This document shows, one piece after another, positions 1 through 16,360 of a stretch of DNA of 64,000 nt. The notes beneath the pieces are model-generated. The model made no database searches. It saw only the letters and a list, made by a program, of their open reading frames with translations, and was not told where the DNA came from. The stretch is from Octopus sinensis (lineage: Eukaryota), in contig NC_042997.1 of assembly GCF_006345805.1 (NCBI RefSeq), forward strand, positions 44,144,001 to 44,208,000, written 5' to 3'. The position numbers were made by a program, and so were the translations under genes. Within the stretch, counting starts at the first letter, position 1. Every line of letters begins with the position of its first letter.

Positions 1-369
<369 letters not shown>

Positions 370-2012
370 GGCCTCAGTATGGCCTGGATTGACTACAAAA
401 AGGCGTTTGATAGCATCCCCCACACATGGAGCCTCGAAACACTAGCCATTAACAAAGTAGCACCAACAATCATAAAATTCATAGAGCACTCTATGAATAA
501 ATGGCAAACAGTCCTACACCTCCAAACAAAAGAGGGACTCATGAAAACCAAAGACATCCCCATTAGAAGAGGAATATTCCAGGGAGACACGCTCTCTCCA
601 CTCCTTTTCTGCTTGGCACTGTCACCTCTATCTGATATGCTAAATAGAACTGGATGTGGATATAAATGTTACGGCAAAACGATCAACCACCTTTTATATA
701 TGGATGACCTAAAACTATACGCTGCAAATGACAAACAGCTGGAAACACTATTAAAGACAGTTCATGGATTTACCAAAGAAATAGATATGAAATTTGGATT
801 AGAAAAATGCGCCAAAGTAACCATGAAAAGAGGAAAACTAGTTAAGAGTAACAACATCACACTAGATAAAACCAATGAAATAAAAGAATTAGACCAAAGC
901 CAAACTTACAAATACTTAGGAATCCATGAACTAGATAAGACACAACACACACAAATGAAAGAGAAAAAAAATAAAAAAGAATATTATAGACGAGTTAGAT
1001 CAATACTAAACACAGAGCTCAATGCTAAAAACAAGATAATAGGTATCAACACTTTAGCTGTCCCAGTTATAAGTTACAGCTACAATATCCTTAACTGGAC
1101 ACGAAATGAACTGACCAAAATAGATAGCAAAACAAGAAAAATAATGACAGGATCTAGGATGCATCACCCAAAATCTGACATAGAAAGACTATATATACAA
1201 CGTATAGAAGGTGGTAGAGGCCTTATACAGCTGGAAAACTACTATAAAATAACCACCATAGGACTGCAAAAATATCTACTTCAGAAGGAAGGAAACTGAT
1301 CCAGATAGCGGCAAAACACGAGCAAAACAAAAACTGTTCTCAGTATTTAAGGAAGCTGACAAATACAAACAAGAAATCATACCACCTAATAAACATGAAG
1401 AAGAAGAAGATGAAGAAACAACAAAAGCTATAAAACAAATGAAATCCAAACTAAAAATAGAACAGCAACGAACCATGATAAAACGATGGCAAGAAAAGCC
1501 CCTTCATGGTAAATACTGGACTAAACTTAACGCAAAAGAAATAGACAAAGAAAAATCCCAGCAATGGTTGAGAAGCTCAGGACTCAAAGCAGAAACAGAG
1601 GGATTTTTAATTGCAGCACAAGACCAAAGCCTCCCCACCAGAAATTACCAAAAACATGTAATGAAAAGAAATATTACAAATAACTGCAGAATATGTAGAG
1701 ATGGACAAGAAACAATAAATCATATTATCTCTAGCTGCCCAGTCCTGGCTAAGAAGGAATATATTCACAGACATGACAGAGTTGGAACCTACATACATTG
1801 GAAGCTATGCCAACATTATGGAATAACAACAGAAAAAAGATCGTATAGGCACACACCAGAAAAGGTCACAGAAAACGAGAAAGCAACCATACTCTGGGAT
1901 ATGCCGATACACACAGATAGAGAAATTAAGGCCAACAGACCAGATATAGTTGTCAGAGATCATGAAAAAAAAAAATGCTTTCTAATTGATGTATCAATAC
2001 CGGCTGATGACA
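370..2012 (+). mobile_element. 5'-truncated R4/Dong-type LINE: reverse transcriptase, CCHC knuckle and restriction-like endonuclease, frameshifted
   Basis: ORF 379-1299 has WIDYKKAFDS, GIFQGDTLSP, YMDDLKLY, YKYLG, GGRGL; ORF 1439-2035 has CRIC..ETINHIISSC..HDRV and RPDIVV..IDVSIP. Confidence 0.93.
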
Positions 2013-2233
2013 ACTGTTCCTTACCAGTGAATTAAGGTAACATCCCTTATTTTTCCAGAGGTTCCAGGCAGTGCTGTTTTCTGCAAGTGTTCCACTCTTA
2101 TTGCAGCCCCTATTTGTTCCATGTACTTCTCAAAATTTTTACTCGCTGTTCCGACAATTATTGGTTCTACTAACACCTTTTACATCGACCACAACTGCTT
2201 AACCTCTCACGCTAACCTGCCATATCTATTGAC

Positions 2234-2236
<3 letters not shown>
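2012..2236 (-). mobile_element. 3' fragment of a second RLE LINE family, tail-to-tail with the preceding element
   Basis: Closely matches 57120-57370. Confidence 0.75.
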
Positions 2237-2293
<57 letters not shown>

Positions 2294-2296
<3 letters not shown>

Positions 2297-2430
2297 ATGT
2301 TTGACTTTTGCTTTGTATTTGTACAAGTTGACTCCAAGTTCCACCCAAAGACCTCAAGAGACAAGTTAGAAGTTCATGTTGGTGCTATGCCTAGGATGTC
2401 GTATATTTGGTTTTGCACAAAGTATTGTTC
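2294..2430 (-). mobile_element. Inverted copy of the RLE LINE 3' UTR seen at 128-260, with (TTA)n at 2238-2294
   Basis: Near-exact reverse complement of 128-260. Confidence 0.85.
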
Positions 2431-2431
2431 A

Positions 2432-2818
2432 GTTTGGGGGAGAATTTGAGTCGATTACGTTGACTCCAGTGCTTAACTGGTGCTTATTTTATCGACCCCG
2501 AAAGGATGAAAAGCAAAGTAGACTGCGGCGGAATTAGAACTCAGAACGTAATGGCGGACGTAATACCGCTAAGCAATAGAGAATTAACATTAGTGACGAA
2601 CTTAAGGCGGCAAGCTGGCAGAATCGTTAGAAAGTCGGGCAACATGCTTAGCAGCTTTTCGCCCGTCTTCATGTTTCCAGTTCAAATTCCGCTGAGGTCG
2701 ACTTTAGCTTTCATTCTTTTGGAGTCGATAAAATAAGTACAATTGAGTACTGGGCTCTATATAATTGACTTATCCCCTCCCTGAATTCACTGGCCTTGTG
2801 CCAAAATTTGAAACCAAG
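2432..2818. mobile_element. Two divergent MetaSINE-type SINE copies (minus about 2432-2575, plus about 2605-2818)
   Basis: Head GGCGGC.AGCTGGCAGAATCGTTAG and a core resembling GCCTTTCATCCTTTCGGGGTCGATAAA.TAAGTACCAG, repeated throughout the window. Confidence 0.8.
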
Positions 2819-4299
2819 ATAAGAGGGGTAATGGGTTATAAACATTAAATCCAGTTTATCAGGTGCTGCTTGGCCGATAATGGAGATAGTTTTACTTACA
2901 TTGCAATTACTAGAATCTGTCCTACATTTTATTGCGGCTTTTGCAGGGCCATTCCACCAATACTCTTTCATATTATGAGTGGCTTCGGTCTCTCCCACAT
3001 TGTGGGTTCTTATCTCTTTGGCTTCAGAATTATGCTTCCGACGGATCACATTGTGCATTTCATCCGATGATATGTTGCAGTAGTTATGCAACTTCTTTGG
3101 GCATGTATTCGATGTTATCAGAGAGAAAATATTTCTCGAGGAGCTGCTTTCTAAGTCTCATGATGTCCTCTGCTTTGTGTATGTAAGCTTGATCAATGAA
3201 TGCAATTCGACACTTGTTGACAAAGGGATATAATGTAACATTCAAAAGATGTCTGGATCGATGTTACACTTCAGCAAGAACAAAGAGTTAAACTAAAATG
3301 TAAAACCAAAGAAAAAAGCCCAGAAAGTCATATTACTGAACTAAAGCTTCATCAACATCAAAATTAAAAGAATATATGACCATTCCTCAATACTAGCAGA
3401 ATTGATTACCTATTAAACTCCTCAATGACGGGCCCTTCACAGTCAAACTTTACTCATTTCCTCTGAATAACACATCATCATCCTCATTGCTATCTTGGTC
3501 CACTGCTATGACTCTTGCCACAACTAATCAAGAAGGTCAACAAGCACAGTCACTGCTTATTACTAGTACAATTGATAACCTATTAAATAATACACTCCCT
3601 GGCTCTTCTTCACGGTCAGGCTTTTCAAATTTCTCATTCTCTCAGAATAGCACGAAAGATCCATCATCAGCATTGTCATCGTATTCTACGATTACAACCG
3701 TTGTCACAACTACAACTCCAATTCGTGAAGGATCACTCTTTTCTCCTCCCCACTGTCAGCCTCAATTCGAATGTATACCCAACAGCTACGTGATAAATCT
3801 GCTAACTATAAACAAAGTAAAATCTACGAACACATGAAACCCCAGAAATATGCCGCTATTCTCAATGCAAAAAACTATGCATTCGCTGTAACTGCAGCTT
3901 CACCCATTTACTTGGGACACTATGCACAATTCATACAAGCAATACCGGCTCACGTCGAAGCACACATCATACAACACTACCATCACCACCAAATACTAAA
4001 TCACGCTTAATAGTTTCTACACATGTAATCCAGAATCCTAAAATCTGCTGCTATTTCCAACCAGAAAGATTATGTCTGAAGCGTGTCTGTCCTTTCACTC
4101 ATCTTCCAGGGACTCGATGCACTATTAAAAGTATGACTCCAAGCCACCGGAAATCCATAGTAGAAACATCCTTTACAGTGACTGTGTTAGTCCAGACTTT
4201 CACTGAAACCCAGAAGTCACTGAATACAATGGTAAAATCAACAGGCGCCAATAATATAACTGTCTTCAGCTGTGCAACTATAACAACTTCAGATAACAA

Positions 4300-5525
4300 T
4301 AAAATAAAATTTTTTTGGTTAGTCACGATGAATCTGGCAAAAGAATTTTAAGGTCTATCATACATCACAAATCGAGCAAAAGTATCACATCTTAGAAGCT
4401 TTGCACATCGAGAAAAGACGATATGTGTAGTACTAAGTAAGACACCCCTGACCTCAGACATATTGGATGTAGAAGTACATATGTCAGATTATGTACTACA
4501 CAGAACTTACCACAGAATAAGAAAACAAGGAGAAATAGCGATCTTCATCCAAAAAGATTTGGCAACAAATGTCCTCCTCTCCCACTCCAACACGTCTGCG
4601 ATACACTATTAATAATTCATGTGATCGACTTCACTTTGACCAAAAGCATTACCTACCATCCTCCTGACGCAGCAAATCACAGAGGTCACTTCAGATATAC
4701 TTTGTCGCTCGTAAGTCAAACCCCAAATGAGGTCAGCCCACTGGCCAATGTACTTTAAATAGCAGACTTAAATTTTCCTAGTCTCAACTAGCCTGAGAGT
4801 TATGTCTGTCCTGGAATATGATATGAATTATCTTCTCTGGATATGAATTATCTAGTCTACACCTCTAAAGCCTTTCTCATGTAACAAATCATTGCTCGTC
4901 CAGCTGGGGGAAATAACATACTTGACCTAGTCTTTACCACCAATACAGACTCCGTTCGCAATCTTCAGGTCATTCCCACAGCTATTTCCGACTATAACAT
5001 TATACAATTATCTGTATGTGGTTCAAAGAGGTCAACACGCACAAATAACACCAAACATGACTCGCTCCTTATGAACTTGAATTCCAGGAAGGCCAAGTGG
5101 GAGAAAATCGAAACTGAAACACTCGAAACCAACTGGTCTCTGCATATAGGCGACCTCAGTGTTAACAAGAGAATGAAGTTTCTGTGCAAAGAGTTAATCT
5201 GTCGAAAGCACGCCCCATATAAACATGCCTATCCTCGAAAGAACTTGATTCCATCAGATGACGGATATTAATGTGTAACAGAGACAAACCAACAAAACAA
5301 TTAAAAAAAGAACTCTCCCAAAAGATGAGTTGGAATAAAAAAAAACGAAGAAAATAAAGAACATCAACTGGACCTAAAACTATCTTATTAAAAGGGAACT
5401 TAGTTAAGAGAACACCGAACAGTGGGAAATAGAAATATATTCCTAAGTTCTTTTTCCACTTTGCTAAACAAAAATCAGCTACTCATAACCAGATTGGATC
5501 CCTAATTGATGAAAATAGATCATAT
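4300..5525 (+). mobile_element. Decayed CR1-group LINE, endonuclease/linker region; continues at 12665-13971 and 16361-17100
   Basis: GNNILDLVFT endonuclease motif near 4910; 4962-5525 is repeated at 12665-13215, which runs on into RT-proximal sequence. Confidence 0.6.
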
Positions 5526-6186
5526 GAGTGGAGGAGCTGCACTCTGTTGTAACCAAAGTTCAGTATCAAGGACCGGGTATTCTATTGTTAGGGGCCTAGT
5601 GGGGTAATCTATAGCTCCCTTGATACTTTTTGTAGATGCTGGATGCTCTCCATTATGCTACACTCGGTTTCTACATTGCAATTACTAGAATCTGTCCTAC
5701 ATTTTATTGCGGCTGTGACATTATTGGTAGATATGCTCTTAGTCTGGTTTAGTGTTCTTACCTTCACAACACACAGGAACATTTTGTCCTGACTAAACTC
5801 CAATCTTATATCCTTTGAGATTGTTGTAATTAGGTGTATACTCTTGTTTGCATTTCATGCATTTTTTGACATACAGCTTCCAATCATCCACAAAGAAGCC
5901 GTGTGTAATGTTCGTATTTCTGTGTGAATCGATGAGATACTCTTCAGACTTCCTCAACATGAACGACAAGGAGTTTACTGAAAATATGAAGAGTATCACC
6001 GAGAGACGCTCTCATTCTCTGCGAGGCTGTAGTTATCAGTGATAATACAACAGTTCTCGTTTTTAACTTCAAGATGGTGGCTCAGGACGGAAGTCAGATG
6101 GGCTATGGCTACGATTATGTTCTCTGGAACTTTAATAAATCAAAAGGCCTCTAGCATCTACGAGTGGAGGACAGAGTCAAAAGCAT
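5428..6186. repeat. About 760 bp block, copy 1 (LINE junction plus minus-strand RLE-type RT remnant)
   Basis: Near-identical to 9241-9998; minus strand reads THGFFVDDWKLY, equivalent to the YMDDLKLY motif. Confidence 0.9.
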
Positions 6187-6881
6187 ACATCATACATACA
6201 CATAGAGACATACAAACATACATACATACACACAGACATAGACACATACATACATACATACATACACTAACACACATACATACATACATACATACAGAAC
6301 ATACACACAGACATACATACACACATACATCATACATACATACACACATACACACATACGCACATACATACATACATACATACACACATACATACATACA
6401 CACATACACACATACATACATAGATACACACATACATACATACATACATACATACATACATACATACATACACACATACACACATACATACACACATACA
6501 TACATACACACATACATACATACACACATACATACATACATACATACTCACATACATACATACACACATACATACATACATACATACACACATACATACA
6601 TACATACATTCATACATACATACATATACACATACATACATACACACACATACATACATACATACATACATACATACGCACATACATACATACACACATA
6701 CATAGACACATACATACATACATACATACATACATACATACATACATACATACATACACACATACACACATACATACACAAACACATACACACACACATA
6801 CATACGTACATACATACATACACACATACATACACACATACATACATACACACATACATACACACGCACACATACATACAT

Positions 6882-6912
<31 letters not shown>

Positions 6913-9240
6913 AACATACATACATACATACACACATACACACACATACATACATACACACATACATACATTCATACACACGTACATACACACATACATA
7001 TATACATACATACATACATACACACATACATACATACATACACACATACATACACACATACATACACACACATACACACATACATACATACATACATACA
7101 TACACAGACACACATACATACATACACACATACACACACACATACATACACACATACACACATACACACCAACATACACACATACACACATACATACATA
7201 CATACATACATACACACATACACACATACACACATACATACACACACACATACATACATACACACACACATACATACATACATACATACATACATACATA
7301 CATACACACATACACACATACATACACACATACACTCATACATACACACATACATAGATACACACATACACACATACACACATACATACATACATACACA
7401 CATACATACATACACACACATAGACACGCACATACATACATACATACATACATACATACACACATACATACATACATGCATACATACACACATACATATA
7501 CATACATACACACATACACACACATACATACATACATACATACACACATACATACACACATACACACATACATACATACATACATACATACACACATACA
7601 CACATACATACACACATACATACTCACATACATACATACACACATACATACATACATACACACATACATACATATACGCATACATACATACATACACACA
7701 CATACATACACACACATACATACATATACACATACATACATACACACATACATACATACATACATTCATATATACATACACACACACATACACATACTCA
7801 CATACATACACACACATACATACATACATACATACATACATACACACATACATACACACACATACATACATACACACATACATACATACACACATACATA
7901 CATACATACATACATTCATACATACATACATACACGCACACATACACATACTCACATACATAAATACATACATACATACATACATACACACATACACACA
8001 TACATACATACATACACACATACATACATACATACACACATACAAAGATACACACATACATACATACATACATACATACACACATACATACATACATACA
8101 CACATACACACATACATACACACACATACATACATACATACATACACACATACATACACACACATACATACACACATACATACATACACACATAGATACA
8201 TACATACATACATACATTCATACACACATACATACACACATACATACATACACACACATACATACACACATACATACATACACACATGCATACATACATA
8301 CATACGCACATACATACACACACATACATACATACATACACACATACATACATACATACATACATACATACATACATTCATACATACATAAATACACACA
8401 TACATACATACACACATACATACATACATACACGCATACACACACATACAGACACACACATACACACACATACATACACATATACATACATACACACATA
8501 CATACATACATACATATATACATACATTCATACACACATACATACACACATACATACATACACACATACATACATACATACATACAAGCATACATACATA
8601 CATACATACATACATACATAAATACACACATACATACATACATACATACATACATACACACATACATACATACATACATACATACACACATACACACACA
8701 TACATACATACACACGTACATACACACATACATACATACATACATACACACATACACACATACATACACACATACACACATACATACACACATACATACA
8801 TACATACATACACTCATACACACATACACACATACACACATACATACATACATACACACATACATACATGCACACACACATACACACACACATACACACA
8901 TACATACATACATACACACATACATACATGCATACATACACACATACATACATACACACATACACACACATACATACATACACACATACACGCATACATA
9001 CATGCATACACACATACATACACACACACACATACATACATACATACATACATACATACATACACACATACATACATACATACATACATACACACATACA
9101 CACTTACATACACATATACATACATACACACATACAACATACACACATACATACATACATACACACACATACATACATACAGACACACATACTACACACA
9201 CATACATACATACACACATAATAAATACACACATACATAC
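6186..9240 (+). repeat. About 3 kb compound (TACA)n/(CA)n microsatellite array
   Basis: Directly visible; explains the long HT/YI and MYVC ORFs. Confidence 0.98.
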
Positions 9241-9998
9241 AATAGAATATATTCCTAAGTTCTTTTTCCACTTTGCTAAAGAAAAATCAGTACTCATAAC
9301 CAGATTGGATCCCTAATTGATGAAAATAGATCATATGAGTGGAGGAGCTGCACTCTGTTGTAACCAAAGTTCAGTATCAAGGACCGGGTATTCTATTGTT
9401 AGGGGCCTAGTGGGGTAATCTATAGCTCCCTTGATACTTTTTGTAGATGCTGGATGCTCTCCATTATGCTACACTCGGTTTCTACATTGCAATTACTAGA
9501 ATCTGTCCTACATTTTATTGCGGCTGTGACATTATTGGTAGATATGCTCTTAGTCTGGTTTAGTGTTCTTACCTTTCACAACCACACAAGAACATTTTGT
9601 CCTGACTTAACTCCAATCTTATATCCTTTGAGATTGTTGTAATTAGGTGTATACTCTTGTTTGCATTTCATGCATATTTTTGACATACAGCTTCCAATCA
9701 TCCACAAAGAAGCCGTGTGTAATGTTCGTATTTCTGTGAATCGATGAGATACTCTTCAGACTTCCTCAACATGAACGACAAGGAGTTTACTGAAAATATG
9801 AAGAGTATCACCGAGAGACGCTCTCATTCTCTGCGAGGCTGTAGTTTATCAGTGATAATACAAACAGTTCTCGTATTTAACTTCAAGATGGTGGCTCAGG
9901 ACGAAGTCAGATGGGCTATGGCTACGATTATGTTCTCTGGAACTTTAATAAGTCAAAAGGCCTCTAGCATCTACGAGTGGAGGACAGAGTCAAAAGCA
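9241..9998. repeat. About 760 bp block, copy 2
   Basis: Near-identical to 5428-6186 with a few indels. Confidence 0.9.
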
Positions 9999-11792
9999 TA
10001 CATACATACATACACACACACATAGATACATACATACATACATACATACGCACATACATACATACACACATACATAGACACATACATACATACATACATA
10101 CATACATACATACATACATACACACATACACACATACATACACACACACACATACACACACACATACATAAGTACATACATACATACACACATACATACA
10201 CACATACATACATACACACGTACATACACACATACATATATACATACATACATACATACACACATACATACATACATACACACATACATACACACATACA
10301 TACACACACATACACACACACATACATACACACATACACACATACACACAAACATACACACATACATACATACATACATACACACATACACACATACACA
10401 CATACATACATGCATACACACACATACATACATACACACACACATACATACATACATACATACACACATACATACATACATACATACATACACACATACA
10501 CACACACATACATACATACATACGTACATACATACACACATACACTCATACATACACACATACATAGATACACACATACACACATACACACATACATACA
10601 TACATACACACATACATACATACACACACATACACACGCACATACATACATACATACATACATACACACATACATACATACATGCATACATACACACATA
10701 CATACATACATACATACATACACACATACATACATACATACATACATACATACACACATACACACATATACATACATACACACGTACATACACACATACA
10801 TACATACATACATACATACACACATACACACATACACACATACATACACACATACATACATACATACACACATACACACATACACACATACACACATACA
10901 TACATACATACATACATACACACATACATACATGCACACACATACACACACACATACACACATACATACATACACACATACATACATGCATACATACACA
11001 CATACATACATACATACACACATACACACACATACATACATACACACATACACGCATACATACATGCATACACACATACATACACACACATACATAATAC
11101 ATACATACATACATACATACATACTACATACATACATACTACATACATACACACATACATACATACATACATACACACATACACACATACATACATACAT
11201 ACACACATACATACATACATACATACACACATACACACATACATACACATATACATACATACACACATACATACATACACACATACATACATACATACAC
11301 ACACATACATACATACATACACACATACATACACACACATACATACATACACACATACATAAATACACACATACATACATACATACATTCATACACACAT
11401 ACATACACACACACATACACACATACATACACATATACATACATGCATACATACATACACACATACACACATACATACATATATACACACACATACATAC
11501 ATACATACACATATACATACATACACACATACATACACACATACATACATACATACATACATACATACATACATACATACATACATGCATACATATATAC
11601 ATACATACATACATACATGTGTGTGTACATACATGTGTGTGTACATACATACATACATACACATACATACATACATACATACATACATACATACATACAT
11701 ACACACATACATACATACATACATACAAACACACACACATACATACATACATACATACATACATACATACATACATACATACACGTACGTAC
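9996..11792 (+). repeat. About 1.8 kb compound (TACA)n array
   Basis: Directly visible. Confidence 0.98.
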
Positions 11793-12351
11793 ATTCGTTC
11801 ATCCATCCGTCGGTTCCTTCAAGTTTTACATTTTTTTCGTTAGCTTCTTGTGGATCGAATCCATCTGACGTTTCTTATGCCTTTCTGTATTCGGTAGGCT
11901 ACAAAATTAACCCATATCCTATTAAAATGACCCTCTTCCTGTAAACCCAAAACGAATCCGCATCACCCACTTTTGTCATTATAGGATTGGTAGATCGCTT
12001 AGTTTAGATGACAAAACTTGTGGCGGTAAATTTGCGGCGCTGCGAAGCAAGTAATTACTGAAATACTGCGTCAATGCGATTCGTAATTTTAACCCTTTAC
12101 GGAAGGCTAAAAGGTGGGGTTGTTAATAAGATAGTAGTTGTAATATTGGTTCAACTAACTTCTTGGAAAAAAACGACCAGCTTTTCGCTTGAAAAGCAAA
12201 GGTGCGCAATGCCCCTGAAATAGGGTGTGCAGGGGTGTGCTTGCACCCCCTTGGATTTTTCGTGGGAACGCAAAATCAAAATTTGTGCCCTCTACTTACC
12301 TTTCCCAGGTTTAGGAAAATATTTAAAAAGTGATTTATAAAAAGTTGCTTC

Positions 12352-13215
12352 AAGAGTTAAACTAAAATGTAAAACCAAAGAAAAAAGCCCAGAAAGTCAT
12401 ATTACTGAACTAAAGCTTCATCAACATCAAATTAAAAGAATATATGACCATTCCTCAATACTAGCAGAATTGATGACCTATTAAACTCCACAATTACGGG
12501 CCCTTCACAGTCAAAATTCCTCATTTCCTCTGAATAACACATCATCATCCTCATTGCTATCTTTGTCCACTGCTATGACTCTTGCCACAACTAATCAAGA
12601 AGGTCAACAAGCACAGTCATTGCTCATTACTAGCAGAATTGATAACCTATTAAATAAGCCTCAACTTCAGGTCATTCCGACTATAACATTATACAATTAT
12701 CTGTATGTGGTTCAAAGAGGGCAACACGCACAAATAACACCAAACATGACTCGCTCCTTATGAACTTGAATTCCAGGAAGGCCAAGTGGGAGAAAATCGA
12801 AACTGAAACACTCGAAACCAACTGGTCTCTGCATATAGGCGACCTCAATGTTAACAAGGGAATGAAGTCTCTGTGCAAAGAGTTAATCTGTCGAAAGCAC
12901 GCCCCATATAAACATGCCTATCCTCGAAAGAACTTGATTCCATCAGATGACGGATATTAATGTGTAACAGAGACAAACCAACAAAACAATTAAAAAAAGA
13001 ACTCTCCCAAAAGATGAGTTGGAATAAAAAAAAACGAAGAAAATAAAGAACATCAAACTGGACCTAAAACTATCTTATTAAAAGGGAACTTAGTTAAGAG
13101 AACACCGAACAGTGGGAAATAGAAATATATTCCTAAGTTCTTTTTCCACTTTGCTAAACAAAAATCAGCTACTCATAACCAGATTGGATCCCTAATTGAT
13201 GAAAATAGATCATAT
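12352..13215 (+). repeat. Duplicate of 3283-5525 with an internal deletion (3283-3590 joined to 4962-5525)
   Basis: Near-identical sequence; duplicated ORFs MLS.STAMTLATT and MNLNSRKAKWEK. Confidence 0.9.
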
Positions 13216-13971
13216 ACTAATGTTCCATCACAAAAAGGCACATTCTTGAGTTATCAGTGTAACTGAATTTTCACATTTTCCCAACCTATAGTTAACAAGA
13301 TAGCATATAAGCCAAACGAATTCTTTAATCCTCAGAACTCAACTGCAGAGGCACCTCTAAAAATTAATGATATTATGGAAGATTATATACTTACTGCTAG
13401 TAACCTAGATTCAAACTCAGCATCTGGACCAGATAAGCTCCCAGCCATACTGTAAAAACGTGCAAATACAGACGGATGAACCATCAAAAATACTATTTCA
13501 AAAGTCGCTCGATGCCAGCATATTCCCAGAACTACTGGAAGATACAATAGTAACACCTATACACAAAGGAGAGTAGCAGGGGTGAAGCTAAAAATTACAG
13601 ACTTCTTTGTCTCATATCCCACACATCTAAAATTATCAAACGCACTGTCCGAAAAAAAAACAATTACATATCAATTACAAAAAAATAATTACATATCAAT
13701 TACAAATACATATCAATTACAAAAACAACTTCTTAGATGACACACAACATGGTTTTTGAACTGGACGAAGCTGCCTGTTACAACTATTACAGCATCATAG
13801 CACTATTTTCAGTAATCTCTTGAGAGGAAAAAACACCGACTGTATATGTCTTGATTTTGCTACGCGTTTGACAAGATTGTCCATGGAATTATCTGTGATA
13901 AGCAAAGGGATCTTGGTGTCACAGGAAAGCTCGGAGAATGGCTCTGACGTCCTACACTGTAGGAATTAGTC

Positions 13972-16360
13972 TGTAGTGACGCTATACAGCGGCGCGCGCG
14001 CGCACCGTCCATTCCTGTTTCGCGCGTGCGGGTTGGTGCTTTCACCACCGGAAGTAGGACCATTTGCCGACGTGGCAGTTTAGCCGCGAGGCAGGGGATC
14101 GTAGAACGTTTAACCACTAGCAGCAGTCAGCAGCGACTTGAGACATGGCTATCGAAGGTACAACACGTATATTCTCTCTGTCCGAATTTGATTCTAGCAG
14201 CAGTCAGCCTTTTCATAGAAGAAGACGCATGTTATCTTCGTCTCTCCCTGACATTTGTTGCAGACTACATCATCTTCCTTTCTCCGGACGCCATCTTTGA
14301 CAAGTGTCGTTTTGCATTTGAACACCTTCTTATTTTACAGCGATAAGGTTCAGCTGAGATACATCTATACCAAAGGGATGCCAGATACACCAATTATCTG
14401 TTACCACATAAGAGAATAAAGTAGATATATATTATTTACGTTTGCGTCTTGTTGTTTCTGACTGGTAGAGATCTGGATTATTAAAGCAACGGAAAGTGAT
14501 TGCTTCTTGTACCCCGAAAGTACGAGAGAATATATTTCACTAGTTCGTTTCACTGGTGACCCCGACGTGATTCTGGTCTAAAACCAGAGATCACTTAACA
14601 ACAAAGAAATCCAGTTTTTCTGCGAAGTCGGAACACGATTAACTCTACGCATTCATCTTTCGACGATTTGTTTCCGTCCTCTCGGACCGTTATAGAAGGA
14701 GCCCTTTTCTTATTCTTCAACAATGATGACGGACGCCATCATATCATCGATGCCTTTTCTCTACCGTCGTCATCGTCGTCTTAGAACTTCACGTCGTCGT
14801 TATCTTCGTCGCCATCAACACTAAGAACAATGTTGTCTCAAGTCCACTACAGTCGCCTTCCTCCACCACCGTCGCCTTTCAACACCGTCGACCTCCACAA
14901 GATGTACATAGCAACTCGCGGAAGTTTAGCCCACTTGCTGTTCGTGCATAGCGCGCCAAGGAATTAACAGCCCAGCACTATCTGCGAGATTCTTCTGTTC
15001 CAGTTAACATGTCACAGCATTGAAGCCACAACCGCTACACGATATGTGTTCAACCGGCATCTGCATTTGTGATTTCAACATTCTGTTACAGAACGAACTG
15101 CTATTGTGCATCAGGCTATTAGAGACTGGTAAATTAACTCCATTGTCTGAAATAGCCCTGAGAGACATTTTTCCTATGCGCTGTATTTTTATTTTTGCTC
15201 GCATTCACCTTGTTGTATTTTTGTCGCACACACGTACACACACATAAATGCTATCTCTCTCACATACATACGTCACACATGCCTTTCTCGCTTGTTTTTT
15301 CCATGCTAAATTTGCTTTTTGTGGACACACCTCATTTCTATAGACCCTAGGGGTCACGTATACATAGAGAGGGTTGTTTGTCCATTATAACGCGCCAGCA
15401 TGTCATACTATTGTTCCTGTACGAACGAGGCATTCAATCGCTCAACCACTGGCATATTCATTGCTGTTTTTCGGTCTGGCAATCCCTATTGCATTTCATG
15501 CGCCTTTGCTTCGCATGTGTATTGCCTTGTTTTTGCAACACGTTTGCGTTAGCTTAATTCTTTTCCCGACTCATAGAATGTCGGATGTTCACATGCGTTG
15601 CGCCTATGTATAGGCGTAATTTTTTCCCTGTTAGACCCCTGTTGGTCACGTAATTAACAGAGAGACTTATCTGTGTCGCGCATCACACCAGCATGCTTGC
15701 ACTGTCGCCTTTTGTGTTACTAGCGATCTATCTGTCGATTCCATTTCCTCTCCTGCAGCAATTGATTTAACTGCTATTTCGCAGGATCAACCACCTTTAG
15801 AGAAGTTGGATTTTAATTTCGCCTAGGTTCATTAACTGTGAGTTTGCTTTCCTTCCGCTCCCTTCAGCGGAAGGCTCTATACTTTGTGACGTATCCACCT
15901 TCACGAATGCACTTTTGATTTTTGCTCATTTTGAGTATTTTTTCCTTTTGGTGAATTTCTTATGTATATTGTAAATTCTGCCATTTTTATTATATTGTGT
16001 GCTATTTGGTTATCTGGTATCCACCTTGAGTTTTATAGTCACTACAAGGGATTTTGTGTCGTGCTTCGCACTGGGGTGGAGCTCTGTAGTGACGCTATAC
16101 AGCGGCGCGCGCGCGCACCGTCCATTCCTGTTTCGCGCGTGCGAGTTGGTGCTTTCACCACCGGAAGTAGGACCATTTGCCTACGTGGCAGTTTAGCCGC
16201 GAGGCAGGGGATCGTAGAACGTTTGACCACTAGCAGCAGTCAGCAGCGACTTGAGACATGGCTATCGAAGGTACAACACGTATATTCTCTCTGTCCGAAT
16301 TTGATTCTAGCAGCAGTCAGCCTTTTCATAGAAGAAGACGCATGTTATCTTCGTCTTACA
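13972..16360 (+). mobile_element. Non-autonomous LTR retroelement (Gypsy-like)
   Basis: Direct repeats starting TGTAGTG at 13972 and 16085; ends TACA at 16360; 4-bp TSD AGTC (13968-13971, 16361-16364); PBS at 14554; purine tract at 16073-16081; no gag/pol ORF. Confidence 0.9.
14554..14571 (+). promoter_or_regulatory. Primer-binding site complementary to the tRNA-Trp 3' end
   Basis: TGGTGACCCCGACGTGAT is the reverse complement of AUCACGUCGGGGUCACCA, immediately after the 5' LTR end. Confidence 0.88.

Noticed and set aside
6039-11944. Long His/Thr/Tyr/Ile and Met/Tyr/Val/Cys ORFs up to 718 aa
   Set aside because: Stop-free translations of (TACA)n arrays, open in several frames on both strands
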